The notes beneath the pieces are model-generated. The model was not told the DNA's origin and made no database searches. It saw nothing but the letters and a program-made list of their open reading frames with translations. This document shows positions 1 through 8,747 of a DNA stretch of 64,000 bases, one piece after another (positions within the stretch are counted from its first letter, which is position 1; each line of letters begins with the position of its first letter). The position numbers and the translations under genes were made by a program. This DNA is from a virus, in IMG/VR virus record IMGVR_UViG_3300015360_000024, positions 64,001-128,000 of that record. One strand, 5' to 3'.

Positions 1-47
1 CACATGTGAACAACCCGTTTGGGTTGTTCCTAGCTGATGGGTGAACG

Positions 48-236
48 ATGGCTGCGAAGAACATTGTCGAGAAGGCGATTGGTGCGCTCCAATTGGAAAA
101 CGATGGTCTCAAAAAGACCGTCGAGTCCTTGAAGGCTACCAATGCCGAACAGCTCAAACGGCTAGTTGCCTCGGAGCTACTAAGAGACCGCGTGCGCGAG
201 CTTGAACAGCAGCTCGCCGACAAGAAAGGCAAGTGA
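48..236 (+). CDS. small hypothetical coiled-coil protein
   Basis: 62-aa ORF with a heptad-like L/E/K pattern, co-directional with the next gene. Confidence 0.5.
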   Translation: MAAKNIVEKAIGALQLENDGLKKTVESLKATNAEQLKRLVASELLRDRVRELEQQLADKKGK

Positions 237-239
237 CCG

Positions 240-848
240 ATGGGCGCTCTCCTGGCTTTCCCTTCCGTTTTTCGTGATTACACCGACAACTTCAAGGAGT
301 GGAAGCAGCAGACGTTCAGCTCGCTGCCAGCCCTTATGAAGGCGGTCATCACGAAGCATGAGAAGTCGTGGAACGCGAAGCTCGCAGAGAACCTCACGAG
401 GCCTCTGGCTGTAATGGAGCGACCCAACCAGGTTCATCCTGGTGTCTGGATAGGAAGCTACGAGTCGGTCGTTAACGACGACCTGATGGACAACAGCATC
501 GACGTCGTCCTCAATATGGCGATCGAGTGTGATTACGCACTCAAGCAGCCCAAGACGCAGCTCGTGAAGATCGGCATCGAGGACGGTCGTCTAACGAACT
601 GCGGCGTCTTCAAGAAGGCCGCTGAGGTCATCTACAATGCAAAAAAGAACGGACAGTCCGTCCTCTCTCATTGCGCCGCAGGGGTCAGTAGGAGCGCGAC
701 TGCAGTGCTCTCGTACTTGATGATCTACGAAGGTATTGGGTGGGCCGACGGGCTCGCTTACGTGCAGCGTAGTCGGCCATGCGTAAATCCACACCCCTTG
801 CTGGTGAGGTCTGTAATCCGAGATCTTGGATCTGACTTCATCTCGTAG
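240..848 (+). CDS. dual-specificity (Cys-based) protein phosphatase
   Basis: Active-site loop HCAAGVSRSAT (HCxxGxSRS), upstream acid loop IEDG, GVWIGS and C-terminal VQRSRPCVNPH segments typical of DSPs. Confidence 0.9.
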   Translation: MGALLAFPSVFRDYTDNFKEWKQQTFSSLPALMKAVITKHEKSWNAKLAENLTRPLAVMERPNQVHPGVWIGSYESVVNDDLMDNSIDVVLNMAIECDYALKQPKTQLVKIGIEDGRLTNCGVFKKAAEVIYNAKKNGQSVLSHCAAGVSRSATAVLSYLMIYEGIGWADGLAYVQRSRPCVNPHPLLVRSVIRDLGSDFIS

Positions 849-855
849 TGTCTTA

Positions 856-880
856 GATCTAGATCCACCACTAGTGGTGG
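856..880. repeat. two abutting perfect palindromes, GATCTAGATC (856-865) and CCACCACTAGTGGTGG (865-880)
   Basis: Read directly from the intergenic sequence. Confidence 0.6.
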
Positions 881-890
881 GATGAAGACG

Positions 891-914
891 GCGAGCTATG
901 TGCTCGCTTTTTTT
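891..914 (+). terminator. intrinsic terminator
   Basis: GCGAGC-tatgt-GCTCGC stem-loop followed by 7 T. Confidence 0.75.
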
Positions 915-921
915 CGTTTCA

Positions 922-950
922 TTGACATTAACCTACCTCTCCGTTAGCGT
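922..950 (+). promoter_or_regulatory. sigma70-type promoter of the replication operon
   Basis: TTGACA-N17-TAGCGT. Confidence 0.6.
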
Positions 951-977
951 CCGCGACCGTCAACCCTGACGAGGATC

Positions 978-2237
978 TTGGGAGATGCCACGATGACGGA
1001 GAATCCAGTATCGGAAGTCGTAAACGCGGATTGGGAATTCGATGTCGTCCGGACATATGTGCTTGGTGTTGAAATTCTCGATCAGAGACTTTCAGACGGC
1101 GAGTACAGGTTGCTTCACCTGCTTCGCCTGCGGGCCTCAGGTGGACGAAACAACTTCGTCTCGTATGAGTCTCTAGCGAAGGATCTCGGCATCCACGCAA
1201 AGACGATCGCCACTCGCATGGCCAACCTCAAGGTCAACGGGTACGTCACCTGTCAGAAGCGTGGGCTCAACGCGCCGACTCTCAAAACCATCGCCTCCAT
1301 GGTTGAGAGATATGACGACGGGATCTTGAAGATGTCGCGAAAGGACATGTTCGGGAAGGACCGATCAGATGACGTCCTTAAGCGACTTCATCACATTGAC
1401 AATACATCCCAAGACCCAATAGGAGCGAAAACGCTCCCACCGGAAATCACAGGGGAAAACGACTCACGTAGGGAGCGAAAACGCTCCCTCGTAGGGAGTG
1501 AAAACGCTCCCTCGGAGGGAGTGAAAACGCTCCCTGAAGTAAATCAAGAGCAAGTAAATCTGGCCGAAAGAGATGTCACTCGCTTTGCTCGTGATTCGAC
1601 GCCTACGGCGCCGAAGAACCATTCCGGATTCCGGAAGTCAGAAAGAGAAGATGTAGAGTTAGGGACTACCGTCGTTACCGAAAGTTCAGATCTAGTCCGG
1701 ACGAAATCCTTCGACGCGGAAGCTGATGCCCGTCAGGCCAAGGCTCAGGAGCTGGCGAGGAAGGCCATGGAGGATGCCACCAGGCTGTCCACGGTCGCGC
1801 GTAAGAAGCGCAACGACAAGCGGCGACAGGAGGACGCCGACGGAACGACCGAGGAGAAAGAGAAGCTCAAGAAGATGACCGCCCGCGAGCGGATGACGTC
1901 CGGATCGCGTTTCTATCAGTGGGCGAAGAACGAGTACGAGCTGTTCTTCCCCGAGGAGAACTTGAAGTTCCCCGAGTGGGAGCCGAAGGAATTCGCGTTC
2001 CTGAAGCGACTGCTTGAGATCTATCACCAGGACGAGAAGGTGATCAGGGGCGCCTGGGGCTTCATGTGCGAGAACTGGGACGAGGTGAGGAAGAAGTTGA
2101 AAATAGCCGATGTGACTCCTACCATCGGGCTCTTCTACTTCCTCCGGGGTCGTATCTTTCCGCTCGCGGCAGAGCGCAAGACGAACCGTCAGATCGCGGA
2201 GCAAAAGCCAGTCAACAACAAACAGGGCGAATGGTAG
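978..2237 (+). CDS. replication initiator (N-terminal winged HTH, lambda O-like organisation)
   Basis: HTH-like N-terminus (VSYESLAKDLGIHAKTIATRMANLKVNGYV); internal iteron array; followed by loader and helicase genes. Confidence 0.75.
   Translation: MGDATMTENPVSEVVNADWEFDVVRTYVLGVEILDQRLSDGEYRLLHLLRLRASGGRNNFVSYESLAKDLGIHAKTIATRMANLKVNGYVTCQKRGLNAPTLKTIASMVERYDDGILKMSRKDMFGKDRSDDVLKRLHHIDNTSQDPIGAKTLPPEITGENDSRRERKRSLVGSENAPSEGVKTLPEVNQEQVNLAERDVTRFARDSTPTAPKNHSGFRKSEREDVELGTTVVTESSDLVRTKSFDAEADARQAKAQELARKAMEDATRLSTVARKKRNDKRRQEDADGTTEEKEKLKKMTARERMTSGSRFYQWAKNEYELFFPEENLKFPEWEPKEFAFLKRLLEIYHQDEKVIRGAWGFMCENWDEVRKKLKIADVTPTIGLFYFLRGRIFPLAAERKTNRQIAEQKPVNNKQGEW
1421..1534. repeat. iteron array, putative replication origin inside the initiator gene
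   Basis: GGGAGYG-AAAA-CGCTCCC at 1471, 1494 and 1517 (23-bp period) plus a copy at 1421 (first base A); each unit is an imperfect inverted repeat around AAAA. Confidence 0.8.
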
Positions 2238-2240
2238 CCG

Positions 2241-2254
2241 CGCAAGTGCTTGCG
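2241..2254. promoter_or_regulatory. palindromic operator-like motif CGCAA-GTGC-TTGCG
   Basis: Lies just after the initiator stop codon; the same motif recurs at 18416, 25424 and 53014. Confidence 0.6.
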
Positions 2255-2260
2255 CGACAG

Positions 2261-2923
2261 ATGATCAAGATGGAAGACGCAGACTCAAGCCCAACGTCGC
2301 CACGAAGGAAGGTCACCGAGGCCGATCTTCGCCGCGTGAACCTTGGCAGGAACTTCTGGTCCGCTCGAACTGACCGGATTCAGGTCGAGGCCGTTAGGAA
2401 GTTAGTCTTCAGATATCGAAAAGATATCATGAAGATGGCCTCAAAGGGGAGTGGAATTATCTTCTCTGGACCTCTTGGTGTTGGGAAGACAGCAGCAGCG
2501 GCATGCGTGCTGAAGGAGGCGATCAGCGCAGGACTGACGACGTACTTCGTCACGCAACCAGAGCTGCGCGAACTTCGTTTCGAGAAGAAAGATTCCATGT
2601 TTGGCAACGGGCAGGATGGAATCACGATCCGCAAGAGGATCGATACGGCTCAGTTCCTAGTGTTGGACGGGTTCAACGAGAACTTTTTCACGGACAACGC
2701 CTTCGGAACTCAGCAGCTTGAAGAGCTACTGATCAGGAGAATATCGGGGAAGCTTGTTACGATCATGACGACTCGATCGCTTCCAACCTTCAAAAAGGAA
2801 GAGCACGCCGACCTGCACGACATCGTCAGCCAGTGCATGTTTCCTATGAAGTTGTTCGGCAAGAACATGAGGGACGACGCACGCGATGAGATCAAGGATC
2901 TCGTTGGGGGCGATGATATCTAA
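2261..2923 (+). CDS. DnaC/IstB-like AAA+ helicase loader
   Basis: Walker A GPLGVGKT, Walker B-like FLVLD; sits between initiator and DnaB; start uncertain (2231/2261/2270). Confidence 0.8.
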   Translation: MIKMEDADSSPTSPRRKVTEADLRRVNLGRNFWSARTDRIQVEAVRKLVFRYRKDIMKMASKGSGIIFSGPLGVGKTAAAACVLKEAISAGLTTYFVTQPELRELRFEKKDSMFGNGQDGITIRKRIDTAQFLVLDGFNENFFTDNAFGTQQLEELLIRRISGKLVTIMTTRSLPTFKKEEHADLHDIVSQCMFPMKLFGKNMRDDARDEIKDLVGGDDI

Positions 2924-3228
2924 TGGCCGCCCCGCTGGACGATCTCATGTTTTTGTGTGAACTCTGCGGCCAGCTGGTTGGTCCCGGTGATAGTGCAGCT
3001 CGGATCTTGGCTGAGACTTGTTTGAGCGACGGATGCGGCGGGGCGATCAGGACAGAGGCTGATGAGGAAATTGTTCTGGCTGTGTTTCATGCTGCCTGCG
3101 TAGCCGAGACACGCCAGCAACGCGGGTGCGATGTTGTGCCGTACGTTGAAGAGGCCAGGGAAGTTGTTTCTGGCGAGTCAGACGAGCAGCGTCCGCGCCT
3201 CGTCGTTTACCGAGGCGGACTGGCCTAA
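2923..3228 (+). CDS. hypothetical protein with CxxC
   Basis: Translationally coupled at both ends (TAATG overlaps). Confidence 0.6.
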   Translation: MAAPLDDLMFLCELCGQLVGPGDSAARILAETCLSDGCGGAIRTEADEEIVLAVFHAACVAETRQQRGCDVVPYVEEAREVVSGESDEQRPRLVVYRGGLA

Positions 3229-4571
3229 TGGATATCGACAAGGAGTTCATCCGTTCTGTGGTTCGCGGCGGCAAGGTTGCCGTGCTGGCAGCGATGGATC
3301 GCAACATCGACAAGGAGTTCGATGTTGGCAAGGAGAAGGGGACTTACCTCGTCGGCGACGGCAAGAAGGCCTGGGAATGGCTGCGCAAGTATTTTGTCGA
3401 GTACGACCGCGTTCCGCCCATCGACCTCATCGAGCAAGCTGTCGGCGTAGATCTCAGTGGAACGCTGGAGGAACCACACGATTTCTTTCTGAACGAGATC
3501 TCTAAGCGACGTCTATTTCAGCTCCAGCGGTTTGGCACCAAGGGTGTAGCCGAGAAGCTGGAGGCCAGAGATCCTCAGGGCGCAGCTGAGGTCTGGACCG
3601 AAATCCATCGGAAGATTCAGGAAGAGGCCCTTACGGTCCGTAAGGTCGAGTCGCTGCTTGGTCTCGGCAAGCAACTGATCCAGGACTACAAGGACGCCAA
3701 GGCTGGCAAGCGTGGCATCCCAACGCCATGGCCATCCATGGACAACATGACGCTGGGCTGGTGGCCAGAAGACCTGATCTTGTTCGTTGGTCGTCTTGGT
3801 GTCGGCAAGACGTGGTCGCTTGTGATTTGCGCCCATAGGGCCTGGATGGCAGGTCATAAGGTCTTGGTTATCTCGACGGAGATGAACAAGATGCAAATGG
3901 CTCGTCGTTTCTTTGCCCTGCACCTGAGGCTTCCGTATGACGAGATTCGCAGGGGTAAGCTCGGTGAGTTCGTTGAGAGTAAGTTCTTTCAGGGCGTTGA
4001 AGAGATCATGGGCGCCGAGGGCGTTAATATCGTTGCCGGTGACTTCGACTACTCCATTGAGAATATTGGTTCGGTGCTTTCAGATACGAGGCCGCATCTG
4101 CTTTGTCTCGACGGGCCGTACCTGATCAAAAACTCCGGCAAGGATCGCCACGAGCGTGTGTCGAACAACTTTGACGACTTCAAGAAGCTCGGAAAGCGGT
4201 ATCAGCACGCCACGATCACTAATCTCCAGTTCAACCGTTCTGCGAAGACTGGTCAGTCGCAGACGATCGCAGCCGACAATATCGGCATCACGGACGTTGC
4301 CGGCTGGAACGCCGATGCTGCATTTGGTCTCCTGCAGAGCGAGGACATGCTGGCTGCCTGGGAGATGGGCCTCAAGGGCCTCAAGGTTCGCGAAGGTATG
4401 CCCAGCGAGTTCAAGATCCACTGGAACCACGGCGCGATGGATTTCACTGAGATTGGCGCAGTGACCACACCGCTGGTTGACGCAACGAAGACCACGGCGA
4501 TCGTTCAGGGGGCAGGATCTGACAGCTCGTTTGCTATCGAGGAGGACGGCTTCGACGATGTCCCCTTCTGA
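3228..4571 (+). CDS. dnaB: DnaB-like replicative helicase
   Basis: GWWPEDLILFVGRLGVGKT Walker A, ISTEM, LDGPYL, QFNR motifs; acidic C-terminus ...FDDVPF. Confidence 0.93.
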   Translation: MDIDKEFIRSVVRGGKVAVLAAMDRNIDKEFDVGKEKGTYLVGDGKKAWEWLRKYFVEYDRVPPIDLIEQAVGVDLSGTLEEPHDFFLNEISKRRLFQLQRFGTKGVAEKLEARDPQGAAEVWTEIHRKIQEEALTVRKVESLLGLGKQLIQDYKDAKAGKRGIPTPWPSMDNMTLGWWPEDLILFVGRLGVGKTWSLVICAHRAWMAGHKVLVISTEMNKMQMARRFFALHLRLPYDEIRRGKLGEFVESKFFQGVEEIMGAEGVNIVAGDFDYSIENIGSVLSDTRPHLLCLDGPYLIKNSGKDRHERVSNNFDDFKKLGKRYQHATITNLQFNRSAKTGQSQTIAADNIGITDVAGWNADAAFGLLQSEDMLAAWEMGLKGLKVREGMPSEFKIHWNHGAMDFTEIGAVTTPLVDATKTTAIVQGAGSDSSFAIEEDGFDDVPF

Positions 4572-4827
4572 TCCAGCAGAGCGAATCTGCCCTCGATGCG
4601 GAGGCCCGGTGAACTGGGAATCCGCCTTCGCTGTCCACGTTTGGGCAGAAGGTGAGGAGCTTCTTTACGATGTCGTTTTCGCGAAAAATACCCACGAAAA
4701 CGGTGTGCTGATGCACATGTCTGCTGATCGACAATGCAAAGGTGAAATTTCTGGATACATAGGCAAGCTACTAATAAAATTAGGGCTTTCGACCGACTGT
4801 GATACCTCTGAATTGGACCGCCTTTAG
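4558..4827 (+). CDS. hypothetical protein (CPRCG)
   Basis: 89-aa ORF after a GGAGG site, overlapping the helicase end. Confidence 0.45.
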   Translation: MSPSDPAERICPRCGGPVNWESAFAVHVWAEGEELLYDVVFAKNTHENGVLMHMSADRQCKGEISGYIGKLLIKLGLSTDCDTSELDRL

Positions 4828-4831
4828 AGGT

Positions 4832-4860
4832 TTGACAATCGCAGCATTACCTCTTAGATT
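4832..4860 (+). promoter_or_regulatory. sigma70-type promoter
   Basis: TTGACA-N17-TAGATT in an AT-rich gap. Confidence 0.65.
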
Positions 4861-4914
4861 TGCTTCGTAAACCGCGCTATAGTAAGCGTCTGGTTCAAGG
4901 CAAACGAGGTAATT

Positions 4915-5301
4915 ATGGCGTCCAGGCGTATTCAGGAAATCGTGGATCGGTTCGTCGCTGAGATTCAGGTTGCCTCAGAAGAAGAGGCGGCTGAGGCGCT
5001 GCACGATCGACTGCGAGACGTACTCGGTTCGACGGCGGGCCTGGAGCTGGCCCCTGTGAAGCGTCGCAAGACGACGAAGGGCTACACGGTTCTCCGTCCG
5101 TGTCCGATCCCCGGCTGCGGAAAGGTAGCGGCTCCTCGTTACCAGATGGTCTGCAAGGGGCACAGCACGTTGCCGCGTGAGGAGATCCTGGTGGCTCGCG
5201 ACAACGCCACGAAGGAGGGCGGCGTCTGGTTTGACCTGACGCCTGGGAAGCCGTGGAATGGCCTCAAGGCAGCCCTGGCGAAGTCCAAGAAGGCGGGCTG
5301 A
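4915..5301 (+). CDS. small basic protein with a C-x4-C...C-x2-H zinc-finger-like motif
   Basis: SD GAGGT; RPCPIPGCGK...VCKGH. Confidence 0.7.
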   Translation: MASRRIQEIVDRFVAEIQVASEEEAAEALHDRLRDVLGSTAGLELAPVKRRKTTKGYTVLRPCPIPGCGKVAAPRYQMVCKGHSTLPREEILVARDNATKEGGVWFDLTPGKPWNGLKAALAKSKKAG

Positions 5302-5302
5302 G

Positions 5303-5584
5303 GTGGTGGCGGCCAAGAAGAAGCCTAAGGCCAAAACCAAGGCCGACAAGAAGACGAGGACCGAAGAGGAATACCAGGAGCTGCGTAAGGCGACCTGGGC
5401 GCTCGCTAATTGTGCGGTCCTGACGCTTGCCAGTAATGGCAAGCTCGGTGCCGGATCAGGGATGACCATCGATCTGAAAACGCGCGAGATCAGTCACTGG
5501 TCAACGCAGTTCTTCGACGCGCTCGATATGGTTGGAATCTCCTATGATCGCGACGCTTACTTCGAGAAGAAGCGCAAGCGTTGA
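5303..5584 (+). CDS. hypothetical basic protein
   Basis: Fills the gap between neighbours; GTG start inferred. Confidence 0.6.
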   Translation: MVAAKKKPKAKTKADKKTRTEEEYQELRKATWALANCAVLTLASNGKLGAGSGMTIDLKTREISHWSTQFFDALDMVGISYDRDAYFEKKRKR

Positions 5585-5587
5585 CCG

Positions 5588-5596
5588 TGGTATCCT
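5588..5596 (+). promoter_or_regulatory. extended -10 element, probably a leaderless transcript
   Basis: TG-g-TATCCT with the ATG at 5603 after 6 intervening nt. Confidence 0.4.
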
Positions 5597-5602
5597 AGGC
5601 GC

Positions 5603-6031
5603 ATGAAATGGCAGGACATCCCTGCGCTTGTGCGTCATTCGACGTTGGCGATCTACAACAAGTCGACGGGCGGCGGCGCCGATGGTTTCATCAAGGCGCT
5701 GCGCATCTCGCGCGACACCTTGGCGAAGCAGGGCTACGTGTACCACGGTCAAAAAAAGGCCATCCTCGAAGACATTAAGCTGACCGCCAAGGGCTGGATC
5801 AGGAACAAGCAGCACGAACAAGAAGGGCGGTCCGGCCATGACAAGGATCGCGCGTTCGCTTCGCTATGGAAGATGATTGAGCCACGAGTACCGGAGTTGG
5901 ATGGGCCGAGCGGCCAGAAGGCCGAGAAGCCGAAGAACTCCGAGGAGGCTGCAGCTCGCGAAAAGCGAGACCCAAGGCCTGGCGAGAAGCTCGACAATAG
6001 CCGTGGTCATGTCTACCCTCCGCCGAAGTAG
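5603..6031 (+). CDS. hypothetical protein
   Basis: 142-aa ORF with phage-like codon usage. Confidence 0.7.
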   Translation: MKWQDIPALVRHSTLAIYNKSTGGGADGFIKALRISRDTLAKQGYVYHGQKKAILEDIKLTAKGWIRNKQHEQEGRSGHDKDRAFASLWKMIEPRVPELDGPSGQKAEKPKNSEEAAAREKRDPRPGEKLDNSRGHVYPPPK

Positions 6032-6049
6032 CTCGGGCGCTGCTTTGCG

Positions 6050-7129
6050 ATGAAGGCAGAACACATTGAGAAGCTGCTGGGTTGGCTCGGATGCGAGAAG
6101 ATCCGCGTGGCTGGCAACAAGGTCAGGAGCACCTGTCCGCTTGCGCCATGGAAGCATGGCGGAGGCAAGGACGAGCATCCGTCGTTGGCTGTTTTCATCA
6201 CCGACAACGACGCCAGCGGCGCGAACTGCATGAGTGGTCGTTGTGGCTTTCATGGAAGCCTTACAGATTTGCTCTATAGGCTGCAGAGGTTATCTGGGCG
6301 TGATCTATCTAAGCATCTGACGTTTGTGTACGAGAACAATGCGCCCAGTTGCGACATGCAAATGAGTCGCATCGACGCCAATGCAGGGCACTACGCGATG
6401 CCCGAAATGTCTTCAAGCACACCTGCCTCCATGTCAGGAGGGAAGGACTACTCAGATCCTCTAGTCCGTGCCTCGATGAGTCCGGCGCTCCCCGAGTCGG
6501 CCGTCGAAGTAATGGAGAAGATGCGAACATGGATAGACGACGAGGCTGCGGCGTACCTGCACGGCCCAGATCGTCGACTGACTGATGCGACGATCCAGAA
6601 GTGGAAAATCGGATGGCACCCTCAGCATCGGCGCGTGTCGGTTCCTCAATATGATCGGCTAGGGCGACTCGTAAATCTGTCGGGGCGCCATGTTTCGTAT
6701 TGGCCAAAATGTGTCCCGATGTCCGACCGTGAAGAGAAGGCACCGAAGTGGATGCACTCGAAGGGTTTCGACCGAGAGCTATTCTTGTTCGGCGAGGATT
6801 GGCTGGAGGTCGCCGAAGACGGCCGAGGTACCATCTTCATTTGTGAGGGTGCGTTCGATGTGATTTTCATGGATCAGTGCGGCCTGAAGAACGTGGCAGG
6901 AATCAACGGATCCCACATCAATGATACGCAGGTGGATAAGATCCTAAAGTGGTTCGACTCTGCCGTTTTGCTCATGGATGGAGATCCGGCAGGCATCGAG
7001 GCTGCCCAAAAAATCGAGGGCCGTCTTGCGCGCCGCATGCACGTGACCACGCACATAATTCCTGATGGAAGAGATCCAAATCAGATGGAGATGCACGAGG
7101 TTGAGGATCTCAAGATCCGGTTCCGCTAA
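6050..7129 (+). CDS. dnaG: DnaG-like primase (zinc-binding domain plus TOPRIM)
   Basis: CPLAPWKH...HPS...CMSGRCGFHG zinc domain; FICEGAFDV and LMDGDPAG TOPRIM motifs. Confidence 0.9.
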   Translation: MKAEHIEKLLGWLGCEKIRVAGNKVRSTCPLAPWKHGGGKDEHPSLAVFITDNDASGANCMSGRCGFHGSLTDLLYRLQRLSGRDLSKHLTFVYENNAPSCDMQMSRIDANAGHYAMPEMSSSTPASMSGGKDYSDPLVRASMSPALPESAVEVMEKMRTWIDDEAAAYLHGPDRRLTDATIQKWKIGWHPQHRRVSVPQYDRLGRLVNLSGRHVSYWPKCVPMSDREEKAPKWMHSKGFDRELFLFGEDWLEVAEDGRGTIFICEGAFDVIFMDQCGLKNVAGINGSHINDTQVDKILKWFDSAVLLMDGDPAGIEAAQKIEGRLARRMHVTTHIIPDGRDPNQMEMHEVEDLKIRFR

Positions 7130-7718
7130 CGGACGCTGCCCGCCTTCCGTAAGCGGCTGCTTCCTCTTTTTTCTTGGGGTCATTCCAGGCTCTGCGAATG
7201 GCGTTTATGTGTTCGCTTGATTTCGGTCCAGTTCCCTTCCCTTTCCTCCCATCGCTAATTCTCTTGATGGTTTCAGGGGAGCGCTTAACCCCTGAGCGCA
7301 GCTTGCTCATGCGAAGCTTATGCGCCTCGGTATGAGCGGTCCCCTTTTTTCCTGTGCGAGCCCGAGAGATCTTTTTCCGTGTCTCGTCGGATACGACTAG
7401 GCCGGCAACCCCTTCGCCTCCGTCGGTTGCGTTGACGAGATTGAATCCCATTGATCGATAATGAGCGATGGCGAGTATTTCCAGAATTACTACGCTTTCT
7501 GGATTTTCCGCCACCTCAAGAATAGTAAATTCTGGCTTGACGCCACGGCTTATTACAGATTTTATCCAGTTGGTTCGGTGATTTCTAGCGATCAGATGTG
7601 ACGGTCTAAAATGTTCAAAGATGCGCTTTAGCCCGCGCGTGCTTTTTCCGATGTACCTAATCTCGCCAGTCTCTGGATCCATGAGGGCGTAGACGATGAA
7701 CCTGTTTTCGTTTGTCAT
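7110..7718 (-). mobile_element. free-standing GIY-YIG homing endonuclease with NUMOD3-like C-terminal repeats
   Basis: IVYALMD...IRYIGKSTRGLKRIFEH, E in LEILAI, N in FNLVNATDGG, basic repeats (SDETRKKISRARTGK; SPETIKRISDGRKGK); AT-richer; only clear minus-strand gene. Confidence 0.88.
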
Positions 7719-7788
7719 GTGGGTCCAGGATGAGATCGACGTTACCACGAAGATCTTCCACTCTTTGCTGGATCTTAGACGACACCCG

Positions 7789-7817
7789 TTGACTATGTCA
7801 GACCCCATTGGTAGTGG
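7789..7817 (+). promoter_or_regulatory. possible promoter for the SSB gene
   Basis: TTGACT-N17-TAGTGG with a TGn extension; divergent TG-g-TAACGT on the minus strand near 7739-7747 could drive the GIY-YIG gene. Confidence 0.4.
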
Positions 7818-7877
7818 TGAACGGTCGCCGATAAGGCGCGTTGCGGATCGACAAGGTCCATCACAGGAGAAATTTCC

Positions 7878-8666
7878 ATGGGTAAGTCTTGGTATGAAAC
7901 GGGTTACGAGGGTGCTGGCAAGGAGCAGGAGCGACGGTCGCTGGGGTATCCGCCTGATCGCTTCTGGCTGAAGGCCGGAACCTCGAAGGAGATCATCTTC
8001 GTTGGGGATGATCCCTTCTGCATTCGTGAGCACACATGGCGCGACAGCGAGGGCAACTGGCACAGCGCCACTTGCACGGCGAGCATCAACGACAACGGAT
8101 GTGGCGGTTGCGGTCAGACTGGCGTGAGCCGAGCTGACTACGTCGGCCACTACACGATCGTCGATGTCACCGGGTATACAAACAAGGACGGCGTCGACTT
8201 CAAAAACCAGCTGAAGTTGCTACCCGCCAAGACCAAGGTGCTCAACAAGTTCAAGCTGAAGAAGGAGAATCGGGGTTCTCTTCTTGGCCAGCTGTGGACG
8301 ATCACTCGCGCCGACTCCAACGCGCCGAATACTGGTGATGATCTCGACCACGTTCGCGAGATCAAGGCTGACCGTCTCCTCGAAGCCGTGACTTACAAGG
8401 GTAAGTCGCTCAAGGAGATGATCGAGCAGGCTAACGGGACCGGCGGCGATGCGGAGAAGACGAGGAAGTACCTCTCGCATCACTTCCAGATCCCGAAGGA
8501 AGGCGCGATCCCGCTCAAGGTCCCGCAGTTCAACTACCCCGACTTGATGGCCCCGATGGAGTTCGGAGTCCTGCGTGCTGCTGTTGCTGACGCTCAGCCG
8601 TTCAACAACGCTGGCAAGGGCAAGACCGGCGGCGAGGGCAGCTCGACCGACGACGTTCCGTTCTGA
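7878..8666 (+). CDS. putative phage-type (gp32-like) ssDNA-binding protein
   Basis: SD CAGGAG; RFWLKAG...IIFVGDDPFCIREH; His/Cys cluster; acidic tail ...TDDVPF; follows the primase. Confidence 0.6.
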   Translation: MGKSWYETGYEGAGKEQERRSLGYPPDRFWLKAGTSKEIIFVGDDPFCIREHTWRDSEGNWHSATCTASINDNGCGGCGQTGVSRADYVGHYTIVDVTGYTNKDGVDFKNQLKLLPAKTKVLNKFKLKKENRGSLLGQLWTITRADSNAPNTGDDLDHVREIKADRLLEAVTYKGKSLKEMIEQANGTGGDAEKTRKYLSHHFQIPKEGAIPLKVPQFNYPDLMAPMEFGVLRAAVADAQPFNNAGKGKTGGEGSSTDDVPF

Positions 8667-8747
8667 TCTAGGGCGACCTAGTCGATGGATAGCGGAGGCC
8701 GGGCTGTTGCGCCTGGCCTCCGCATACGTTTTTTTTGCGGGGAGCCG

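Noticed and set aside
1421-1534. 23-bp periodic repeats as a mini-CRISPR array
   Set aside because: Spacers are only 5 nt and near-identical; location inside the initiator gene fits iterons
7716-7790. Possible displaced original primase C-terminus beyond the GIY-YIG gene (QDEIDVTTKIF vs HEVEDLKIRF)
   Set aside because: Similarity is too weak and needs gaps, unlike the clear duplication at 43206/43815
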